Source: Promethearchaeota archaeon (GTDB lineage: Archaea; Asgardarchaeota; Lokiarchaeia; Sigyniarchaeales; SOKP01). Taken from it: a stretch of DNA of 33,334 bases. A program made the translations under genes and the position numbers. Location of the stretch: positions 1 to 33,334 of the forward strand of contig JAFGGO010000104.1 in the NCBI GenBank assembly GCA_016930515.1. Reading direction: 5' to 3'. The notes under the pieces were generated by a model. The model was not told the DNA's origin and ran no database searches. It saw only the letters and a program-made list of their open reading frames with translations. This document shows positions 28,233-33,334 of the stretch, in pieces. Every line of letters begins with the position of its first letter. Within the stretch, counting starts at the first letter, position 1.

Positions 28233-28347
28233 CTTTAGTCTATCCATTCTGTTTCTGTAAGACGATTTCGTATTTTCTTCGTTTTTTTCCGACAATTTCT
28301 TGTTATTTAAGTCGATTGTTATTATGATATTTTACCCCTTTTCTCAT

Positions 28348-29004
28348 TTACTCCTGTAAAAGATTTTTGTTGAAATAATAGCCCTTTTCGTCCTTTTCCT
28401 TTCGCACCACGCCAAGGTCGCAAAGAATGTCCAAATATTTTTTTATGGTCTTGTAATTCATCCCAAGAACGGTCTTTAAATTGGTTGGCTTGATGATATC
28501 GTTGATCTCTTCCAAGGCATCGATGATTTGCTTGACCTTGTCGTTCCTCAAGTAAAAATATAGCTCGTCTTTGTTTGGATTAGAGCGATGGGAATAATAT
28601 GCTTTTTGATTTCCAAATTCTCTCGATCGAATGCATTCAAATTTCACCAAAAAGCTAAGGTGCCAAACGACTTGATTGCTTCCTAAATTCTCTATTTTCA
28701 TGAGCTCCGTCATGTTAATCCCCGGTTCTTCCTTGATAGTCTCGTAAATTTTCTTTCTCGTGGGATTCTCCAAGAGCTCCTGCTTTATCAATCTCGTGCC
28801 AGGAAGGATCAATTTTTTCTTGATTAGAGACTTGACAACAAGCTCAATCTTGTTCTTATTGACATCGGAGTTATACTTCGTTCTCTTGTTCACGTAATCG
28901 ATAAGATTGACCAAGGAAAAGAGCGACTTTTTTTTCAAGTACTCTTTTGAAATCTCGTATATCTGTCTCTCCACATTATCTAGCGAACGATAACCCACTT
29001 TCAC
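28348..29004 (-). CDS. Multi-winged-helix transcriptional regulator (ArsR/MarR-like wHTH); probable GTG start at 29004 or 28998 rather than 29196
   Basis: LLENPTRKKIYETIKEEPGINMTELMK..VVWHLSFLVKF and second wHTH LGMNYKTIKKYLDILCDLGVV; upstream ORF extension covers the divergent promoter. Confidence 0.85.
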   Translation of the reverse strand: MKVGYRSLDNVERQIYEISKEYLKKKSLFSLVNLIDYVNKRTKYNSDVNKNKIELVVKSLIKKKLILPGTRLIKQELLENPTRKKIYETIKEEPGINMTELMKIENLGSNQVVWHLSFLVKFECIRSREFGNQKAYYSHRSNPNKDELYFYLRNDKVKQIIDALEEINDIIKPTNLKTVLGMNYKTIKKYLDILCDLGVVRKEKDEKGYYFNKNLLQE

Positions 29005-29134
29005 GCAACCGAGTATGTATGGTCTTGGACTAATTGCTATTGTATAGATAGATATACTACCAAGTAAATTATATATAGAATGAATTTTTCGTTTAAAAGA
29101 GTTTTTAGTGAGAACTATGATGTAAAGATTATAG

Positions 29135-29176
29135 TTCAGTTTCGTGCCAAATGGGTTTTTAAGAGAAAACCCATTT
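29135..29176 (+). promoter_or_regulatory. Shared promoter element copy 4 + TATA-like box inside 11-bp inverted repeat
   Basis: TTCAG-TTTC-GTGCCAA-ATGGG-TTTTTAAG; AAATGGGTTTT (29149-29159) / AAAACCCATTT (29166-29176). Confidence 0.65.
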
Positions 29177-29244
29177 TCATCATTAAACATCAACAAATAT
29201 CAACATGATCGAGAAAAAAATATAGAATAGGGCGTCGTTCTTTC

Positions 29245-31242
29245 TTGAAAGTGAGAATTAAATTGTTGAAAAAGGAAAATAGAAAGAAAATATTGCTCCT
29301 TGCAATATCCATATTTCTCTTTTCTATTCAGTTAACTAGCGTGCTTGTTGCGAAATTAGAAATCGAAAACAAGCGAAATATTACTCAGGAATGTTTAGAG
29401 CCAAAAGTTTCGGGATTTTGGGAGCTTACACATTCTATCGTAGTTAATAACAATTGGACCGATACCGCCAGCGAAGAATGGGTTAGCGGAAGCGGAACAT
29501 TTGAGGATCCTTATCTAATCGAAAATATCACCATTAACGCTGGAGGAATTGGTTCTTGCATTTCAATATATAACACTCGCGAGTATTTCATTATAAGGAA
29601 TTGCACCTTAACGGGTTCTGAAAAAGGATCTGGTTACGACCTTCACGCTGGAATAAAGCTTGAAAACGTGACAAACGCAATGATTATACAAAATAATTGT
29701 TCCTACAATCAGGGATGCGGTATAAGCATCTATCCTTATTGCGCAAATAATACTATTATTGAAAATGTTGCAAATAATAACGCAGAACATGGAATATTTC
29801 TAGTAGGAACAGGAAATAATTCCATCGAGAAAAACATGATAAAGAATAATATATATTGCGGGATATATTTAATCTTGTCTTGGAATAACACCATTTTAGA
29901 AAATATGATTATAAACAATTTTCAATATGGAACGGCCTTGTCCTATAGCGTGAATAATGTTATTTCAAAAAATGCATTTAATAATAATACTATTGACGGA
30001 ATACATCTATTTTTTGGTTCAGATAATAATTCGCTTTGGTTAAATACTTTCGTTAATAATAGTAATAACGCATTTGATGGTGGAAATAATTCATGGTGTA
30101 GATCTTTTATGGGTAACTATTGGGACGATTACATTAGCTCCTTTTATCAAAACGGGACCGGGATGGAGCCGTATAACATCTCCGAATCGCCTCTCGTTCA
30201 AGATCTTTATCCACAAAACAATTCAAAACCTTCCGTTGAGATCTTTTCTCCATCGGGATTAGTGGTGACGGGACAACTCGTTCAATTCGCGTGCAATATT
30301 TCGGGAGGTAATTTTCCCCTAAAGTGCGCGTGGAGTTTAGGGGATGGCATAAAATCTTCAGAAATCAATCCCACGCATTCTTATGCTGCGGCTGGCACCT
30401 ACGATGTCATTCTTTCGATAATAGACGCCACGGGAGACGTTGTAATTAAAACAAGTTCTATAACCGTGGAGGAAGAATCTTCACCATATGCGTCTTTTCA
30501 AATCGATGTAGAAAAGATCGTCAGAAATCAAACCGTACGATTTACATACAACGGCACGGGAGGTAACGGACCTCTTTCCTATTTTTGGGATTTTGGGGAC
30601 GGCAACAATTCAACTGGTGTTATTGTCGAACACGTGTTCCAAGAATCGGGAGAATATCTTGTGTTTTTAAATGTGACCGACGCTAACGGCGATAACGATC
30701 ATTTCGCGACTTCCGTTGTCGTGACCGAAGAGTCTAGTCTAATTAACGATATTCCCCCATTTCCAATCGAAGCTATCTTCTTTGTAGTGCTCGTTTTAGT
30801 CATTCTAGGGGGCTTGGCGGGATCCGTCTTGCTTGTTTACAAATTGAAAAAAAGATCACAAATCGCCTCGAACTCGATAGGCGTTTCATCGCAAGAAAGG
30901 ATTGATATTAACAGTTTCCGTCAACTGGAAGCCCGGCTTTCGGGACTCGAGGATAGTACTAATACAGTGGTACAACACAAAAAGAAAAAACTAGAAGAAA
31001 TAGATGGGCAAGGCGATGTTATATCGCACCCGTTAACAGTGGGAGAAAAAAAAGCCCTAGAACAAACAGAAAAGGAAGTATCTATTAAAAAAAATCACTT
31101 CACATGCGTCGTGCATCGAGGGCAAATAGTTGGTAGCGTGTATATATGCCCGCATTGCCAAACCATATATTGCGAAAAATGCGCAAGTACCCTCAAGCGC
31201 AACAGAGAAAGATGTTGGACTTGCAATAAAAGCCTCGAATAA
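29245..31242 (+). CDS. Type I membrane protein: signal peptide, NosD-like beta-helix, two PKD domains, TM, cytoplasmic RING-like finger
   Basis: N-terminal basic+hydrophobic segment; GSGTFEDPYLIEN; N-rich GIxL repeats; GNYWDDY; WSLGDG and WDFGDG PKD motifs; TM; CVVH..CPHC..CEKC..CWTC. Confidence 0.9.
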   Translation: MKVRIKLLKKENRKKILLLAISIFLFSIQLTSVLVAKLEIENKRNITQECLEPKVSGFWELTHSIVVNNNWTDTASEEWVSGSGTFEDPYLIENITINAGGIGSCISIYNTREYFIIRNCTLTGSEKGSGYDLHAGIKLENVTNAMIIQNNCSYNQGCGISIYPYCANNTIIENVANNNAEHGIFLVGTGNNSIEKNMIKNNIYCGIYLILSWNNTILENMIINNFQYGTALSYSVNNVISKNAFNNNTIDGIHLFFGSDNNSLWLNTFVNNSNNAFDGGNNSWCRSFMGNYWDDYISSFYQNGTGMEPYNISESPLVQDLYPQNNSKPSVEIFSPSGLVVTGQLVQFACNISGGNFPLKCAWSLGDGIKSSEINPTHSYAAAGTYDVILSIIDATGDVVIKTSSITVEEESSPYASFQIDVEKIVRNQTVRFTYNGTGGNGPLSYFWDFGDGNNSTGVIVEHVFQESGEYLVFLNVTDANGDNDHFATSVVVTEESSLINDIPPFPIEAIFFVVLVLVILGGLAGSVLLVYKLKKRSQIASNSIGVSSQERIDINSFRQLEARLSGLEDSTNTVVQHKKKKLEEIDGQGDVISHPLTVGEKKALEQTEKEVSIKKNHFTCVVHRGQIVGSVYICPHCQTIYCEKCASTLKRNRERCWTCNKSLE

Positions 31243-31397
31243 GTAACCAACCATCAAGTAAGGTAATATCAAGATATACCTCTCAATGTCCATAGTACTC
31301 GAGAAATCGAAATTCTTGAAAAATAAATAAGTCTTTATTGAAAAACTTCGAATGATTAGATCCTTTTTCTGAAGATCACGGAATTTAAACAACTTAA

Positions 31398-31748
31398 CTA
31401 CTTATAGATTTTCACGCCCCGTTTTTCTAAGTTTTTAATCGTTTCAGGGAAGAGTGAAAGTGGGTTATGATGCACCCATAATCCTTGTAATGAATTAAGC
31501 TTGTCTATTGATTCGGGAAGGCTCAAAAGTTGGTTATTATATATGCATAGTCCATGTAACGAGGAGAGGTTGCCTATCGATTCTGGTAGAGTCGAAATAT
31601 CATTATTCGAGCAACTCATAAATTCAAGCGACTTGAGGTTGCCAAGGGATTTGGGAAGGGTTTTAAGTTTATTATTAGATGCCCATAATTCTTTTAGCGA
31701 GGAAAGCTTGCCCATCGATTCCGGGAGAATCTAAATATCATTATTCGA
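31398..31748 (-). pseudogene. Leucine-rich-repeat protein remnant
   Basis: LPESIGNLSSL-type 23-aa LRRs; upstream SNNDI*ILPES has TAG (31731-31733) where the sister repeat has SNNDISTLPES; LRR similarity ends at ~31748. Confidence 0.75.
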
Positions 31749-32069
31749 ATTTCTGCTTGTAGTTCCTAATTCCTTTTTAATTACGAGTAATTCAAATATG
31801 TGAATCTAATGTGTTTTATATACTGTCCAGATTTGTCTCCATTTTTGAAACCTAACCTAACTATAAACTATGAATTACGCTTTATAAAATGGTTTTTGAG
31901 GCGCTTTAATATGAACCACGAGATTGAAACCATGAGGTCATAAATCATTATGAGGAAGGTTTTTATTCCGAAAACCATGAAACTAACGGGATCGCCTGGA
32001 GAATCAAGATCCACGCCTTTAGATTGAAAGTATTCTGGTATATTGTGAAGGCTAAAAATAAACGCGTAT

Positions 32070-32888
32070 TTATTTTTCTTTAAATTTTTTTTTTAAATAA
32101 TTGAGTAAATCTTCTTCCTTGCATTCCTTTTCTTCTTCTCTCACATAATTTCTGTTAAAATAGTGTTTAAGTCGTTTTGGCATGAACCAAGCAATTGAAA
32201 AAATAACTATGTACGCCATCATTAAAGTTGTCGTGATTCCAAAAATTGAAAGACTTACGGGATCGTTTGGAGTTCCCCATCGGAATCCTTTTGGTTGGAA
32301 AAATTCTGGAAATTGATAAAAACTTACAATAATTGAAGAAATAGCCACGAGTTTATATCGCATTTTTATCCAGGGTTCGATATCCATATTTATTATTCTC
32401 TTATAAGTACAATAACAAGAGTAAGATAACCAATTAAATGTGATGAGAGCATAAGGAAAATCTAGCGAAACTCTCAAGTAATATTCAAAACCTCTTTCAA
32501 TCTCGATAGGTCCAAAAACACTGATCATGGATATTTGGAAAGATCCTAAAATGATTACAATTATCAATATAATTTTTGCGAGTTTCATTCGATTTTTGTA
32601 AAATGTCGAATTTGTGAAAAGGACGAAGAAAGTGAAGCCACCGACTAAGAAAGGTTCTTGAATTATATTTCCAAATCCACCTTCGAGTTTTAAAATGATC
32701 TTCGTGTAAAAATTTACTATAAAACCCGTTGCTACTAATAAAAACGAAAGACCTAAAAAAATAAGATTAGTCATTCTATTTTGTTTCGCTTTAAATAAGA
32801 AAAAAATACCCGTTATCACGAGCAAGCTAATCACTCCAAGAGCAAAGAATAAAAACATTGTATAAAGAATATTCGTCAATGGATCCAT
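32070..32888 (-). CDS. Stand-alone 7TM membrane protein
   Basis: Seven hydrophobic segments; IEPWIKMRY before TM6; WFMPKRLKHYFN and charged tail after TM7. Confidence 0.85.
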   Translation of the reverse strand: MDPLTNILYTMFLFFALGVISLLVITGIFFLFKAKQNRMTNLIFLGLSFLLVATGFIVNFYTKIILKLEGGFGNIIQEPFLVGGFTFFVLFTNSTFYKNRMKLAKIILIIVIILGSFQISMISVFGPIEIERGFEYYLRVSLDFPYALITFNWLSYSCYCTYKRIINMDIEPWIKMRYKLVAISSIIVSFYQFPEFFQPKGFRWGTPNDPVSLSIFGITTTLMMAYIVIFSIAWFMPKRLKHYFNRNYVREEEKECKEEDLLNYLKKKFKEK

Positions 32889-32889
32889 G

Positions 32890-33177
32890 TTATATTCCCG
32901 CCATAGTAATTAATGATTGATTCTTGGTTAATTCGTCGTTCAATAAGTTAATTATTTCTTGATATTTAGATATTTCTAACTTGATTAATCTATTCTTAAA
33001 CGACGAATTAATAACTCTAAAGAGATCATTCCAAGATACTTTTTTAAAATCAATGAAAGGACCTAATTCGTCCTTTATGGATAATTTTAACAACCCTCTT
33101 GTAGCAATGGGACTAATTCCGACCTGTATTGCTAGTTTATCTCCTAAATATCTAATTATTTCTATTATCTCTGAATA
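32890..33177 (-). CDS. Small helical hypothetical protein, co-transcribed with 7TM gene; start uncertain
   Basis: Frame is open well upstream of the TTG at 33093 (YSEIIEIIRYLGDKLAIQVGISPIATRGLLKLSIKDELG..); ATG at 33190 is 1 nt out of frame; stop lies 1 nt before the next ATG. Confidence 0.65.
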   Translation of the reverse strand, partial: YSEIIEIIRYLGDKLAIQVGISPIATRGLLKLSIKDELGPFIDFKKVSWNDLFRVINSSFKNRLIKLEISKYQEIINLLNDELTKNQSLITMAGI

Positions 33178-33334
33178 TTATTAAATTCATTGGAAGAATC
33201 TATTATTCTAAATATTCTTAATAGTATTTTTTCGCATTGAGAAATAATTATTTTTTTATTTTTTTTTCCATTTAATATTTAATAAACCGAAAAATCCATT
33301 GGAAATGCTTCATTCCTAGACCTAGTTATTGCAA

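Noticed and set aside
29005-29196. N-terminal 64 aa of the ORF-track wHTH protein
   Set aside because: AT-rich, low-information sequence covering the divergent promoter motifs; a downstream GTG start is more plausible.
22839-31733. Genome-wide TAG recoding or pyrrolysine, suggested by in-frame TAGs at 22839, 24455 and 31731
   Set aside because: TAG is the normal terminator of apparently complete genes here (7712, 9944, 27314, 31398), no pyl genes are in the window, and the affected genes show other damage.
31911-31985. Three short AACCAYGA repeats
   Set aside because: Too short and irregularly spaced for CRISPR or iteron; no associated genes.
1856-33184. Remaining short ORF-track entries (60-132 aa) overlapping called genes
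   Set aside because: Alternative-frame or antisense overlaps of well-supported CDSs with no motifs.

Overview
AT-rich prokaryotic DNA with archaeal-type TATA promoters and oligo-T terminators. Gene content (Loki-CTERM-like sorting tail, stand-alone 7TM proteins, Rab-like fold protein, expanded Zn-finger families) points by inference to an Asgard archaeon, probably Lokiarchaeia. The left ~21 kb is mostly housekeeping and metabolic: pyrG, Hsp20, a Re-citrate/homocitrate-synthase-type enzyme, glnA with a divergent Lrp, an MCP, a PCMT-like protein, DUF1015 and a fused HdrC-GltD-CCG oxidoreductase. The right ~11 kb (22.2-33.2 kb) is an accessory, partly decayed island and the most interesting part. 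It holds five paralogous membrane proteins with interchangeable extracellular domains, all carrying an identically spaced cytoplasmic 8-ligand RING/PHD-like finger (C-x2-H-x10-C-x2-C-x4-C-x2-C-x10-C-x2-C). Four of the five share a promoter element (TTCAG-N4-STKCCAA) exactly 5 nt before a TATA-like box. A degenerate Rab-like protein and a multi-wHTH regulator sit inside the cluster. This is a candidate co-regulated receptor-like transmembrane RING signalling/E3 system; the function is inference only. No rRNA, tRNA, CRISPR array or transposase was recognised. All family calls are by eye, with no database search.
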